Source of the DNA: a virus
Length of the DNA stretch: 64,000 bases
Direction: 5' to 3' (one strand)
Virus record (IMG/VR): IMGVR_UViG_3300028864_000019
Location: 1-64,000 of that record
Under the pieces are notes generated by a model. The model ran no database searches and was not told the origin of the DNA. It saw only the letters and a program-made list of their open reading frames with translations. This document shows positions 49,302 through 59,576 of the stretch, piece after piece; position 1 is the first letter of the stretch; each line of letters opens with the position of its first letter. Position numbers and translations under genes: made by a program.

Positions 49302-49596
49302 TTCAACTTGCTCCTTATTTAATTTGCTTCTTTGATATATTATATTCAGCTATACTTAAAATAGTACCACAAAAATAATAAATTAATATAATAACTTAAA
49401 AACTATATATAGATAAACTATCCCAACCAATATGCAAATGCTCCTATACTTAAAATTAATAATATAATCAATATCCTAACTATTATTCCCATATAATTAT
49501 AACTCAATTTAACATCAAATATTTTATTGTCTATGTGAAATTTTCTACTTTGGTATAGATACTCACTTATTTCTTTTTTAGATTTCATTATATCGC

Positions 49597-49908
49597 CTAC
49601 TTTCTATTCATTTCCATTTCTAAAATAATATTTACTGTATGCTTACCCATATCATCAAGACTATTATATTTATCTAACAGTTTCTTTTCACTTTCAGTTA
49701 AATAATTATTATTCCAACCCATTAACCAATCAGGAGCGACTTCTAATATATCAGCTAATCTTTCTATCTTATCAAAAGGTATATTTGATATTACACCACT
49801 TTCATATCTTTGTAATGTTGGCTTACTTACTCCTAGTTTTCTAGATACTTCGTCTAATGTCATATTTAATTCTAATCTTCTATTTTTAATATTCTCTTTA
49901 AAACTCAT
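49597..49908 (-). CDS. XRE-family HTH repressor
   Basis: IKNRRLELNMTLDEVS..GVSKPTLQRYESG..P.WLMGW. Confidence 0.9.
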   Translation of the reverse strand: MSFKENIKNRRLELNMTLDEVSRKLGVSKPTLQRYESGVISNIPFDKIERLADILEVAPDWLMGWNNNYLTESEKKLLDKYNSLDDMGKHTVNIILEMEMNRK

Positions 49909-50095
49909 AATTTTCTTCCTTTATAACTCTTCTTTGCTCTCTTTGAAGAACTAAATTAGCCATATTCATATAAAAATCCTGTTCTTCCTTTGTTTTTGCC
50001 TCATTAAATAATTCCTTTAACTCTGAATATGAATACTTTAAAAACTGATTATACAAATTAAAATTCGATTTGTTATCCATAATATAATTCTCCAT
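49898..50095 (-). CDS. small protein coupled to the XRE gene
   Basis: ORF track; overlaps the XRE start. Confidence 0.7.
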   Translation of the reverse strand: MENYIMDNKSNFNLYNQFLKYSYSELKELFNEAKTKEEQDFYMNMANLVLQREQRRVIKEENYEF

Positions 50096-50338
50096 TCATT
50101 TTATATACATATAATTATATCATATATTTATTTTAATATTATACTATATAATTCTCAAAATATTCCAGTTATTTTTAACGTAAAATACCGAATTTAATTG
50201 CTTATTTTTCTACAGGTCTTATTATATTACCTACCTTATTACAACCTCGTGGTGAGCCTTGTGACGTTACTATATAAGTAATTTCTCTGCAACAAAAAAG
50301 AGTACAAAGATTTTTCTTTATACTCTCAATAATTTAAT

Positions 50339-50863
50339 TTAGAATCCAGTTACTTCTGCTAATTTATACGTTGCAACTGCATCATCTGTATCTATTCCCA
50401 TTGCTTTAAATTTCCATGTACCGTCTTTGGCTAAATTATTTACATTTGCAATAGCTGTTCCTAATTGATTACCATCTTTGTCAAATAAATTATATGTTAC
50501 TTGAACATAATTTAATTCTTTTCCTGAGTTGTTTTTAATTATCCCTTCTATATGAATAGCAAATGAATCTTTTGAACTTGTAACTTCTCCAACAAATTCA
50601 TATTTTTCTTTTGGTTTCTCTTCAACTTTTAGAGTTTCTGTTTTTGTTTCTTGTTTGTCTACACTTGCATTTGTTTGAGTTAAATCTGTTTTAGTCTTAC
50701 TTCCTCCCGATCCTATTGCTCCCAATAAGAAGAATACTACAATAGTAATAAACCACCATCTTAAATAAATAGGCTTTTTATTTTTAGCACCACAACTAGG
50801 ACAAGACTTAGCACTTTTTGCAATTTCAATTCCACAAGTTTTACATTTAATCATTTTAGGCAT
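50339..50863 (-). CDS. zinc ribbon, TM helix and FxLYD-type extracellular domain protein (possible superinfection exclusion)
   Basis: CKTCG..CPSCG, KKPIYLRWWF TM, YNLFDKDGNQLG..WKFKA. Confidence 0.8.
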   Translation of the reverse strand: MPKMIKCKTCGIEIAKSAKSCPSCGAKNKKPIYLRWWFITIVVFFLLGAIGSGGSKTKTDLTQTNASVDKQETKTETLKVEEKPKEKYEFVGEVTSSKDSFAIHIEGIIKNNSGKELNYVQVTYNLFDKDGNQLGTAIANVNNLAKDGTWKFKAMGIDTDDAVATYKLAEVTGF

Positions 50864-50990
50864 TTTCAGCTCTCCTCATTATTTATTATTATAATTTTAA
50901 TTTATTTATATAAGCACAACATACAGTTATGTATCTATTTAAAATACCGTATGTTGTGTTAAAGGTCTTGTTTTTAATGAAATAACGCTT

Positions 50991-51224
50991 TTAAAAGAAT
51001 TTAAATTTATTGTCATGTAAATCAAACCTAATTTCATAATTAATGCTCTTTGGTTCTACATGATTTTCTTCAGATAGCTCTATTATTGATTTTAAATTTT
51101 CAAACACTTCATTAACTACTTCTTTGTCAGTTTTATTATGTTCTTCTATTATTGTTTCTACTATATCTGATATACATATAACTTTAGAAAAATCATTGTT
51201 GTTTATAATCTTGTATTGCTTCAT
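50991..51224 (-). CDS. hypothetical protein
   Basis: Stop codon coincides with dyad arm 50989-50993. Confidence 0.7.
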   Translation of the reverse strand: MKQYKIINNNDFSKVICISDIVETIIEEHNKTDKEVVNEVFENLKSIIELSEENHVEPKSINYEIRFDLHDNKFKFF

Positions 51225-51288
51225 TTTTAATCACTCCTTAATTATTAATTGATAATTATTTTCAATAAAACTCTTGATTTATTGTCTT

Positions 51289-51840
51289 TTATTTTTTTAA
51301 ATCTTCTAAAGCTTTTAATTCTTTTTCATATGCTGACATTTTAGATTCTATATAATCTTTTCTTCTATTAATTGCTTCAACTAATTCATTTTCATACTCT
51401 TCTTTCGTTGCCAACTCATATTCTTTACTATCTTCTAATACATATTCCACTTTTAAACTGCAATTATTCTTAATTTCATATTTCCCATCAAAGTCATAAT
51501 CTAGCCACAATCCACCATAAAATTCTTTTGTTCTATTTAGTTTTAATATTTCTTTCTTGTCTTTAATATACTCAGGTAAATCATCTACAAACTCATATTC
51601 CCAGTCCTTAAGCCATAATTCTTCATCATTATACTGTATACAAATCATTTCTTCATAGTCATAACTATACAAGACATCAAATGTTTTTCCTACTGAATCC
51701 TTATATTCACTATTTAATATAGATTCACATTCTAAAACTTTTGCTTTTCTAAATTTAAATGATTCTTTCTCTAAAATATATTCACCATCTTTTATTAATT
51801 GTTCTACAAAGCCATTTTCATATTTCTTCATGAATATCAA
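51289..51840 (-). CDS. hypothetical protein
   Basis: ORF track. Confidence 0.72.
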   Translation of the reverse strand: MIFMKKYENGFVEQLIKDGEYILEKESFKFRKAKVLECESILNSEYKDSVGKTFDVLYSYDYEEMICIQYNDEELWLKDWEYEFVDDLPEYIKDKKEILKLNRTKEFYGGLWLDYDFDGKYEIKNNCSLKVEYVLEDSKEYELATKEEYENELVEAINRRKDYIESKMSAYEKELKALEDLKK

Positions 51841-51886
51841 CTCCTCAATATTTAATTATATTATAACTCCGATTAAAAGAACTATT

Positions 51887-52666
51887 TTAAGCCAACATAT
51901 TATTTTTATTGTATAAATATCTTAAACCATCAGCTAAGTTCTTTAAAGCTTCTGGTGATGGTTTATTGCATCTTACGGTTATAGTCACTTCTCTACCACC
52001 AATAATTCTCTTATCAACCGTTGTAGTCCACTCGCTTTTATTAACAGATTCAACTTCCTCTAAATCAACTGCCTTTATTTCCTTTTCATTTAATGATTGA
52101 CATACAACATTTATTTCTAATGGAATATTTCTTTTTCTATCTCTATAATTTTTAGAAATGAATCTAGCTATATATTCTATTTTAATATCAACATCTCTAT
52201 ATTCATTGTTATCTTTTACGAAATCATCATATAAGTATTTTATCATAGAATATTCTTTTTGTATTTTTGCTAAATTTAATGACATAAATTTATGTTTATA
52301 ATCATCATATTGTTTAGATGATTTTTTATTGCTCTTTATTAATACAGGAATTAATTTATCTATTATTGTATTTATATAATCACTAATATTTTTATAATTT
52401 TTTGTAACAGCTTTTAATAAACTTGTATTGAAGTCTTTCTCCCAATTATTACATAACTTAATTAACTTGAAAATCTCAAACATTTCATATCCTTCGGTTG
52501 GAATATGAACAAATTTCAAAGGTTCGTATTTTTCAAATTCTGATTTTATAAAGTTAGCATTAATATTATATTTTTCTAGTTCTAATTTTAATCCTTCTAT
52601 AGTTGCGTTTCTGTTCCCGTACATATATTTTTTAACTATAGTCTCATATCTTTTTATTTGTGGCAT
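51887..52666 (-). CDS. hypothetical protein
   Basis: ORF track; stop coincides with dyad arm 51885-51889. Confidence 0.72.
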   Translation of the reverse strand: MPQIKRYETIVKKYMYGNRNATIEGLKLELEKYNINANFIKSEFEKYEPLKFVHIPTEGYEMFEIFKLIKLCNNWEKDFNTSLLKAVTKNYKNISDYINTIIDKLIPVLIKSNKKSSKQYDDYKHKFMSLNLAKIQKEYSMIKYLYDDFVKDNNEYRDVDIKIEYIARFISKNYRDRKRNIPLEINVVCQSLNEKEIKAVDLEEVESVNKSEWTTTVDKRIIGGREVTITVRCNKPSPEALKNLADGLRYLYNKNNMLA

Positions 52667-52743
52667 ATCAATATCCTCCTAATTTCATTCTTAATTCTCT
52701 TATGATAGTACACGATTTAACATGTACTAAGCTAAAAGAACTC

Positions 52744-53220
52744 TTATTTATTCATTAATACATTTATTAACATTCTATACTCATTAGGTATTAAACTCAA
52801 TACTAAGCTATTGTCTGTGTACTTTAAAGCCTTATCAAAATTATTTTCTATACTAAAAGTTATGAATGATTTTATATATCTTTCTTGATTATTTCTAGTA
52901 ACACCTTCAAAATTATTTAAATAGCTTTCTAACTCGTTAGTATTAATCTCTAAAATATCTTTATCAATTGCATCTATAAATCTTTTAACTGCACTCTTAT
53001 ATTGAGGTAGGCTTGATTTAGTTTTACCACTGTTACTCTCAAAGTTATTCCAGTATTCTTGATTAATCCCTTTGATTGAATAAAGTTCTTTTCTAACTTC
53101 TAACCCCTTATAAAATTGCTCCCCTTTATGATAATTTCCTTTAGTTGTACTATTTGATGCTATCAAATTATTTGATCTAGATTTATAACTTTCAAAATTT
53201 ACAAGTTCCATATAAAACAC
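52744..53220 (-). CDS. stand-alone integrase core-binding (SAM-like) domain protein
   Basis: KSSLPQYKSAVKRF..KDILEI....LESYL..TRNNQERYIKSFI.F; no catalytic domain. Confidence 0.55.
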   Translation of the reverse strand: MFYMELVNFESYKSRSNNLIASNSTTKGNYHKGEQFYKGLEVRKELYSIKGINQEYWNNFESNSGKTKSSLPQYKSAVKRFIDAIDKDILEINTNELESYLNNFEGVTRNNQERYIKSFITFSIENNFDKALKYTDNSLVLSLIPNEYRMLINVLMNK

Positions 53221-53279
53221 TCCTCATTAATATTTAATTACTTTTTATGTAGCATTTCCGTAACTCTTATCTTATATTC

Positions 53280-53329
53280 ATTATAAATCTTTTCTTTATA
53301 AATTGCAATACTTCTTACATTAATTTATT
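53280..53329 (-). promoter_or_regulatory. sigmaA promoter with repeated operator
   Basis: TTGCAA-17-TATAAT; AATAAATTAATGTA 53329-53316. Confidence 0.68.
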
Positions 53330-53503
53330 GAATTATTTTTTATACTAAGCAACTTATATTATTCAAAATCCATTCTAATGAAGTACCACGTTCTAATAAT
53401 TCCTGTACTTTTCCCACAAAGCTTAAATTTATATTGATATTTTCCTTTGTACAACTTTCTACAATCTTACTGTATATATTTATACTCATATGTATTACCT
53501 CCT

Positions 53504-53698
53504 TTACCAAACTTGTATATATGGTGTTTTTATAATTTTCTTAGTTGGATTACCTAAAGTACCACCCCACTCAACTTTTACATCAACACATTCTTTTACA
53601 TTACTTAATCTGCAATTACCATTCATCATATCATAAACTTTTATTTCAATATCATCTGGATAATCTTTTATTTTTTCTAAAAATTCACCTTTGGTCAT
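53504..53698 (-). CDS. hypothetical protein
   Basis: MT..E....I..YPDD.EI. Confidence 0.68.
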   Translation of the reverse strand: MTKGEFLEKIKDYPDDIEIKVYDMMNGNCRLSNVKECVDVKVEWGGTLGNPTKKIIKTPYIQVW

Positions 53699-53752
53699 TT
53701 TATTTCCCTCCTATATTTTACAATTAAAATTTGATTTTTATCAGCTTATTTT

Positions 53753-54241
53753 TTATTTATTACATAAATCTTTTCTAATTTTATCCCTTCTTTCTTCTCT
53801 ACGCTCCTTTAAAGGATGTATAAAGTCATTATTTAAGGAATCTACACAACCATTATTTATACTCCACACATATCCTATTGGAATAATATAATCATTATTA
53901 ATATCATAAAATAAGCCATCATATGTATATTCTAAAACATTATATAAATCATTGGTATTCCACATATCAACTAATAATCCATTATAATTAATTTTATATC
54001 CTCCAAAAGAATTCTTTATAAATTCTAATTTGTGATATTCAGTGAATAATTCAATACAATCTGAATCATTCAGGACTACTATATCTAAATCTTTTGGCTT
54101 TCTATCATTTAAAATATCTTTAACTGCTCCACCTATTAAAAATGTAGGACATTTAAATTCCTGTTCTAATATTATAGGAAATTTTTTTTGTAAATAATTT
54201 TTAATCTTTTCTTTATTTCTATTTAAATCATTATAATTCAT
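53753..54241 (-). CDS. nucleotidyltransferase (CCA-adding/poly(A) polymerase head domain only)
   Basis: FLIGGAVKDIL..KPKDLDIVV, NSFGG, VDMW. Confidence 0.78.
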   Translation of the reverse strand: MNYNDLNRNKEKIKNYLQKKFPIILEQEFKCPTFLIGGAVKDILNDRKPKDLDIVVLNDSDCIELFTEYHKLEFIKNSFGGYKINYNGLLVDMWNTNDLYNVLEYTYDGLFYDINNDYIIPIGYVWSINNGCVDSLNNDFIHPLKERREERRDKIRKDLCNK

Positions 54242-54254
54242 TTTTACTACTCCT

Positions 54255-54737
54255 TTATATTAAAAAATTATCTTTATCCCAATACTTAGCTATATAACCA
54301 TTCTTATATCTATTGTCATTTGTAACTTCTCTACCAAACCAATTTGGAATAATAAAACTATTACTTTTTTCTTCAGACTCAAACTCTACTTCAATTACCT
54401 TTAATGAATTAGTATCATCAACATATACATTCTCATAAAAATCAACTTCTGCTTTTAGATTATTTTTCAAAGGCACTATAAATCTAAATTTACTAATTAA
54501 ACTGTTAGGTTGTCTATTTTTATATAAATCTTCATATGTATTTTGGGATATTTCAAGTTCATATTCTTCTCTAACTTTATCACCTTTACTTTTAACAGTT
54601 AAATAATATTTATCTTGTTTTTCTCTGATCCTTACTTCTGGTGTATATGACAAATAACTTTGTTTTATTGCTTTTACTGGATATGTCCACATTTTTTCTA
54701 TATTACCTTTAAATAAAAATTTCCTTTCTATTTCCAC
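54255..54737 (-). CDS. CYTH-domain (triphosphate tunnel) protein
   Basis: MEIERKF, IKQSYL, VRIR, REEYE, IEVEF, WFGREVT.D.RYKN. Confidence 0.9.
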   Translation of the reverse strand: MEIERKFLFKGNIEKMWTYPVKAIKQSYLSYTPEVRIREKQDKYYLTVKSKGDKVREEYELEISQNTYEDLYKNRQPNSLISKFRFIVPLKNNLKAEVDFYENVYVDDTNSLKVIEVEFESEEKSNSFIIPNWFGREVTNDNRYKNGYIAKYWDKDNFLI

Positions 54738-54808
54738 ATTAGTCTCTCCTTTAATTTATTATTATATAGTATTTTAAACCATTTAAAAGTGGAATTTGAT
54801 TAAAAACA

Positions 54809-55096
54809 TTAATATGCATCCCAAAGCATATATTCACCATTCATAAGTTCACTTAGTATTAAAGTTCCTTCAATTGAAGCACTCCTTAAATAATTTTCTT
54901 TTCCATATTCTTCACGCATAAATTCTTCTTCGTATAGATCTGATATAAGTAAATTTTTATCTTTTTTATATTTTTCAATAACATAGTTTATTGCTTCATC
55001 TTCATCATCAAATATATAAAACATATCATATACATCTTCACCTCGTAATTCTATTGGAATTTCAAAATTATCTTTACATGTTTTCATTAAAATCAT
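54809..55096 (-). CDS. acidic hypothetical protein
   Basis: Sole gene between dyad sites 54784 and 55128. Confidence 0.7.
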   Translation of the reverse strand: MILMKTCKDNFEIPIELRGEDVYDMFYIFDDEDEAINYVIEKYKKDKNLLISDLYEEEFMREEYGKENYLRSASIEGTLILSELMNGEYMLWDAY

Positions 55097-55151
55097 CTCC
55101 TTAAAATTATTTTTATCTGCTTTGCTTTAAAATGCAAGTTTGATTGGAACT

Positions 55152-55391
55152 CTAAACAACAAAATACTTACTATCCCATCTCTTGAAAATTTTATTTTTA
55201 TCTCTTTTCTTTACATGAAATAATATATTCTGTCTTCTAAATTGCATATATCCTTTTGTATTTTTATCTTTATATATTAGTAGTTCTCTATTATATATAA
55301 GATGCTTCAAATCATATGTATAATAGCTTATAAATAATATTAAACGCTGATACCAGTATAAATTCTTTATATCAATTAAATTTTTCCACAT
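55152..55391 (-). CDS. hypothetical protein
   Basis: ORF track. Confidence 0.55.
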   Translation of the reverse strand: MWKNLIDIKNLYWYQRLILFISYYTYDLKHLIYNRELLIYKDKNTKGYMQFRRQNILFHVKKRDKNKIFKRWDSKYFVV

Positions 55392-55500
55392 ATCGTTAAC
55401 TTCCTGAAGTTATTTTTTTTTCTCAAAAGAGACTATAAACAACCCTGCAAATAATCCCTCCTTACACCTTAATTCTTTATGTAGTACTTTATATAATATA

Positions 55501-56340
55501 TTAAATTGCTGGTGCTAAATCTTCTATTACTTTTTCTAAAGGTTTTTCTATAACCTTGCCGTCCTTTAATAATTTATTATATATGTATGTAATTCCTATA
55601 GGTTTCAAAAGTGTTTTATAGTTAGTTTGTCCTGTCCATTGATTAATTACTGGAATAACTTTAAAATACTTTGTATAAGCTTGATAAGGTACATTATTAG
55701 ACATTAATATCTTTTTATCTTTTAACCAAGCAAATAGTCTTGTTCTCCCTAATTCTTTAGATTCTAATATTTTAGCATATGTACCAATATCATAACAATT
55801 ATTTGTATTTACAAACTTGTCTACCAAACTTACAATAGGTTTCATTTCAGCATTCTCATCTTTTAATAATAAATTTTCTTCTTTCAGTCTAGTTACTTTG
55901 TTTTGTAAAATAGTCATAGCTTGGAGAATAAATTCATCATCTGACATTTCACCACCAGATACTTTTTCTTCTCCATTTATGTACGCTCCATCTTTTCTAA
56001 TTGCAGGGATAACTACTCCTGTGATCCATTTTTTAAAATCTTTAGCTATCTTAAATCTTTCAGGATTTCTTTTAGTTATAGATAATACTGAATTATATAA
56101 TCCACTTTCATTAATTACTAAACATTCTTGCTCCCCTCCAAGGGTAAGCAAAGTTTGCGTATCCTTCTCATCATCATCTAAATTCCTTGTCATATCAGTA
56201 GCTTTGTTATATTGTAATACTTTTGCAACATCTGAACCCATAAACCAAATTACATTGTCAATTTCAATTGCTCTTACCTCACCAAACCTTTCATTTAAAA
56301 ATTCTTGTACTTTATTACCCATAATTCTCTCTTCCTTCAT
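55501..56340 (-). CDS. Bro-N / KilAC phage antirepressor
   Basis: FGEVRAI..WF.GSDVAKVL.Y..INESGLY..FKKWI..VIPAIRK.GAY; LGRTRLFAWL..N.PYQ. Confidence 0.9.
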   Translation of the reverse strand: MKEERIMGNKVQEFLNERFGEVRAIEIDNVIWFMGSDVAKVLQYNKATDMTRNLDDDEKDTQTLLTLGGEQECLVINESGLYNSVLSITKRNPERFKIAKDFKKWITGVVIPAIRKDGAYINGEEKVSGGEMSDDEFILQAMTILQNKVTRLKEENLLLKDENAEMKPIVSLVDKFVNTNNCYDIGTYAKILESKELGRTRLFAWLKDKKILMSNNVPYQAYTKYFKVIPVINQWTGQTNYKTLLKPIGITYIYNKLLKDGKVIEKPLEKVIEDLAPAI

Positions 56341-56415
56341 ATTTATTAAACATATTTTTTATTTAATATGCCTGTATAAGGATACCCCCGTATAAGATAT
56401 CCTTAAGCCTACATA

Positions 56416-57021
56416 CTATTCTGCATCAATTACCACATCTTCAACTATTGCCCTAGTAATATCAATACTTAACAACTTACAAATTAAATATGTCACATAT
56501 CCGTCCAATAATATATTTTCTTTATTAATTGTAATATCTTTATCAAATTTTTTATTAACTTTATAATAATTTAATCTTTCAGAAATTTTATCTATTGATG
56601 GCGGAGTTAATTTGAATGAATCTTGAATATTAATATTTTTTACATTAATATAAATTTTTTCTTTATTAAATTCATTGCATTTAGACTGTGCTTCTTCTTT
56701 GCTATAGAATAAATTTTCCTCAGCTCTATTTAAATTACTATGTCCACAATATCCTTTATATTTTACAGATGCTTTAAGATTACTATCTAAACTGACTTTA
56801 TAAGATGTTATTTGGAATGGTTCATCACAAACTACATGAATTTGCTTGTTAGATACAAACTTACCTTGTCCCATACATTCAGGACATCTCATAACTTTAT
56901 CATTGTATGTAATTGTCTTTTTACCCTCGCATACATGACAAACTTTTTCTTCTTTGATTTGCTTTATTGTATAGAATATCTCACCTTTTTCAAATTTAAC
57001 TGGTATTATTAATTCTTTCAT
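56416..57021 (-). CDS. DnaJ-type Zn finger fused to a ParB/Srx-like domain
   Basis: CHVCEG..CPECMGQG; ILLDGYVTYL. Confidence 0.6.
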   Translation of the reverse strand: MKELIIPVKFEKGEIFYTIKQIKEEKVCHVCEGKKTITYNDKVMRCPECMGQGKFVSNKQIHVVCDEPFQITSYKVSLDSNLKASVKYKGYCGHSNLNRAEENLFYSKEEAQSKCNEFNKEKIYINVKNINIQDSFKLTPPSIDKISERLNYYKVNKKFDKDITINKENILLDGYVTYLICKLLSIDITRAIVEDVVIDAE

Positions 57022-57064
57022 TTTACATTTCTTCTTCTTACTTTAATTTATTTTTATTAATATT

Positions 57065-57115
57065 AGTATAAACTTTCCATTTTTAATTGTCAATTGCTTT
57101 TTATATTAATTTATC
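57065..57115 (-). promoter_or_regulatory. sigmaA promoter with repeated operator
   Basis: TTGACA(57093-57088)-17-TATACT; operator 57102-57115. Confidence 0.72.
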
Positions 57116-57137
57116 ATAACCTATTCAAATGAGTAAT

Positions 57138-57662
57138 TTAATTACTCCATAAACAAGTTAAATTACCCATTGAATTATCAAAACAACCATATAAAAAGTT
57201 TAAATCTAAGTAATTATTTTCATTATTTAATCTTTCTTTTAAGAATCCATTATCTTCATTCTCTATATCATCTATAAAGTTATTCCAGCTACTTGATATA
57301 AAGTTAATAAATCCTTCATCGTTTCCACGCTCTTTAAATCTTCTTATCCATTCTACTTTTAAATCTTTATTAGGATATACCATAATAACTTTAATATTAT
57401 TCTCTTTTAGAGCTTTCCTAACATTATCATGGCTTGATACAAATATTACATCAACTTTTCCTATATTCTCTTTGATATGCTTAATATAATTCGTAGGAAA
57501 CTCAGGATTCCTCTCTTTAGTATTATTACTATTCTCGTCTTTAACCCAACTAAATTCACTACTGTCGCTATCTAACATAGCATATATATCTTGATGATTC
57601 CTAAAACAATAACTCTTTCCACATGCAGGAAATGCACTAATTACAAATGTTTGTTTTCTCAT
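57138..57662 (-). CDS. P-loop NTPase / kinase-like phage protein
   Basis: ISAFPACGKS, LDSDSS.F, FPTNYI, R..ERG. Confidence 0.75.
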   Translation of the reverse strand: MRKQTFVISAFPACGKSYCFRNHQDIYAMLDSDSSEFSWVKDENSNNTKERNPEFPTNYIKHIKENIGKVDVIFVSSHDNVRKALKENNIKVIMVYPNKDLKVEWIRRFKERGNDEGFINFISSSWNNFIDDIENEDNGFLKERLNNENNYLDLNFLYGCFDNSMGNLTCLWSN

Positions 57663-57697
57663 ATTTTTATACCTCTTTCTTTTTTATTTTTTTTAAT

Positions 57698-57967
57698 TTA
57701 GTCTATTTCAATATTAATATTATAATCGTTTTTGATATCCATAAATTCATGATCTTGAATATCAAATATTCTATATAAAATATCCCCAATTATTTCATCT
57801 TTATTAATTAATTCAAGTCTAATTTGACAATCTTCTTTTCTGTAACAACCACCCATATTATTTATAGATTTTCTAATATTCATCCTTTCTTGTAATAATG
57901 TTTCCATTGCTCTTTCTACATCTCTTTTACTTTGTGTAATTTTTAAAATTCCATTTTCAATTTTCAT
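57698..57967 (-). CDS. hypothetical protein
   Basis: ORF track. Confidence 0.7.
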   Translation of the reverse strand: MKIENGILKITQSKRDVERAMETLLQERMNIRKSINNMGGCYRKEDCQIRLELINKDEIIGDILYRIFDIQDHEFMDIKNDYNINIEID

Positions 57968-58097
57968 TTTCTTCCTCCTAATTTTAATTGATAATTATTA
58001 TTGATAAAATTCATGTTTTATTTACTATTGATTATTATTTTCAATTAGTTCTATGTAAAAGAAAAGGAACTTATTAAAAGCTCCTGAATTATAATTA

Positions 58098-58343
58098 TTA
58101 CTTATCTACTGCATTTGCTAAAGCTTCAGCAAAATCAAAACTCTCTCTATATTCCTTACAATTAAATTGAATCTTTTCGTCTGTTATGCCGTCTTCAATA
58201 CATCTGCAACAATCACCAGTTAACCAATCACCACATGCAGTTGCTCCATGTTTATGAATATATTTTTTAAATACTTCTTCATTTACAGAAATTTTATCTT
58301 CACCTAGACTAATTGTTTTCTTAAATTCAAATAGTTTATCCAT
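58098..58343 (-). CDS. Cys-containing hypothetical protein
   Basis: ORF track. Confidence 0.68.
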   Translation of the reverse strand: MDKLFEFKKTISLGEDKISVNEEVFKKYIHKHGATACGDWLTGDCCRCIEDGITDEKIQFNCKEYRESFDFAEALANAVDK

Positions 58344-58537
58344 TTTTATATTCCTTTCTTTTTTATATACTTTTTATTACGGTTTATTTTACTAATTTTA
58401 ACATACTATTTCATATTCTTCTAATATTATTTTATACGCTCTAGACCTTCTTTTGTTAACTATATAAAATCTTTATTAGTTTTTATTAGATTTTAAAAAG
58501 GAACTACAAAAAAATAGTAGTTATCTCTTTATTACTA

Positions 58538-58981
58538 TTACCAATCTAACCCAACTAATTTATCGCCCTTTACTTCCCAACATAGATTTTTTAATTGTTC
58601 TAACAAACTCATATTATACCATTGGATACTTCTATTTCTAAAACTTGATGCAGAATGAGCATATATTTTTTGTTCCTTTAACCATTTTTCTAACTCTGAC
58701 ATGTTATTATTGAAATCTTTTAAATTTATATTACCTTTATAATTTGCTTTTATATCAAATGTTATATAAACATCTCTATCAACATTTTCTAGACTTAAAA
58801 CATTTTTTGTAAATTTTTTTTCTATAATGTCTCTATCACTTTCTTTTTGTTTCTTCAATTCTTCTCTCTTTTTATCTAAAATTATTTTTAATAAAGTTTC
58901 TCTCTTTTCTATTTCTCTTAACTCTTTTTCCATTTCTTCAACTTCATTATTTAATTTATTACTTAGCATATTAACAACCAC
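58538..58981 (-). CDS. hypothetical protein
   Basis: ORF track. Confidence 0.7.
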   Translation of the reverse strand: MVVNMLSNKLNNEVEEMEKELREIEKRETLLKIILDKKREELKKQKESDRDIIEKKFTKNVLSLENVDRDVYITFDIKANYKGNINLKDFNNNMSELEKWLKEQKIYAHSASSFRNRSIQWYNMSLLEQLKNLCWEVKGDKLVGLDW

Positions 58982-59130
58982 CTTTATATTTAATTTATTT
59001 CTTTTATGTATCTCTTATCTATGTACTTAGTATATCATGGTTTAATCTAATTGTACATAGATTTTAAACAAATTAATAGAAAACTAATCTACATATTCCC
59101 TTAAAATAATCAGTTTATCATAATATTCCT

Positions 59131-59331
59131 TTACACTATAACTAATATATTATCATTATTATTAAAAATTATATCTTTTACAGTTGCGAAAATTATTGTC
59201 TTATTATATTCTTTTGCTAACTGTTTTAACATCTCTTTATCTGCCTTGTTAAGTTGTGCACTTCCTACCATTAAAATATCTTTTTCATTTTCTTGTAGTT
59301 CTTTTAATACTTTAGATACATATATATTCAT
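59131..59331 (-). CDS. hypothetical protein
   Basis: ORF track. Confidence 0.65.
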   Translation of the reverse strand: MNIYVSKVLKELQENEKDILMVGSAQLNKADKEMLKQLAKEYNKTIIFATVKDIIFNNNDNILVIV

Positions 59332-59384
59332 CGTTAATAACTTCCTTTTCTTTTGATTTAATTATTTCACAGTTTTAATTTATT

Positions 59385-59576
59385 TTAATCCTCCAACTTA
59401 CCTACTAATCTTTCAAGCTCATCAATTGATAAGTTAAATGTTTCGGGTTTGCCTTTATATCCTATGTATTGATGCACTCTTACTGCTACTTTGCCTAGTA
59501 CTATTATTTTTATAGCTCCTAATTTTTTAGTTTCATATATATTGCCTTGTTTCATATTCAACAACCCCTTAATCAC
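59385..59576 (-). CDS. hypothetical protein
   Basis: ORF track. Confidence 0.62.
   Translation of the reverse strand: MIKGLLNMKQGNIYETKKLGAIKIIVLGKVAVRVHQYIGYKGKPETFNLSIDELERLVGKLED

Noticed and set aside
50230-50290. Twister or pistol ribozyme
   Set aside because: Only a short GUCACAAG resemblance; required pseudoknots could not be built
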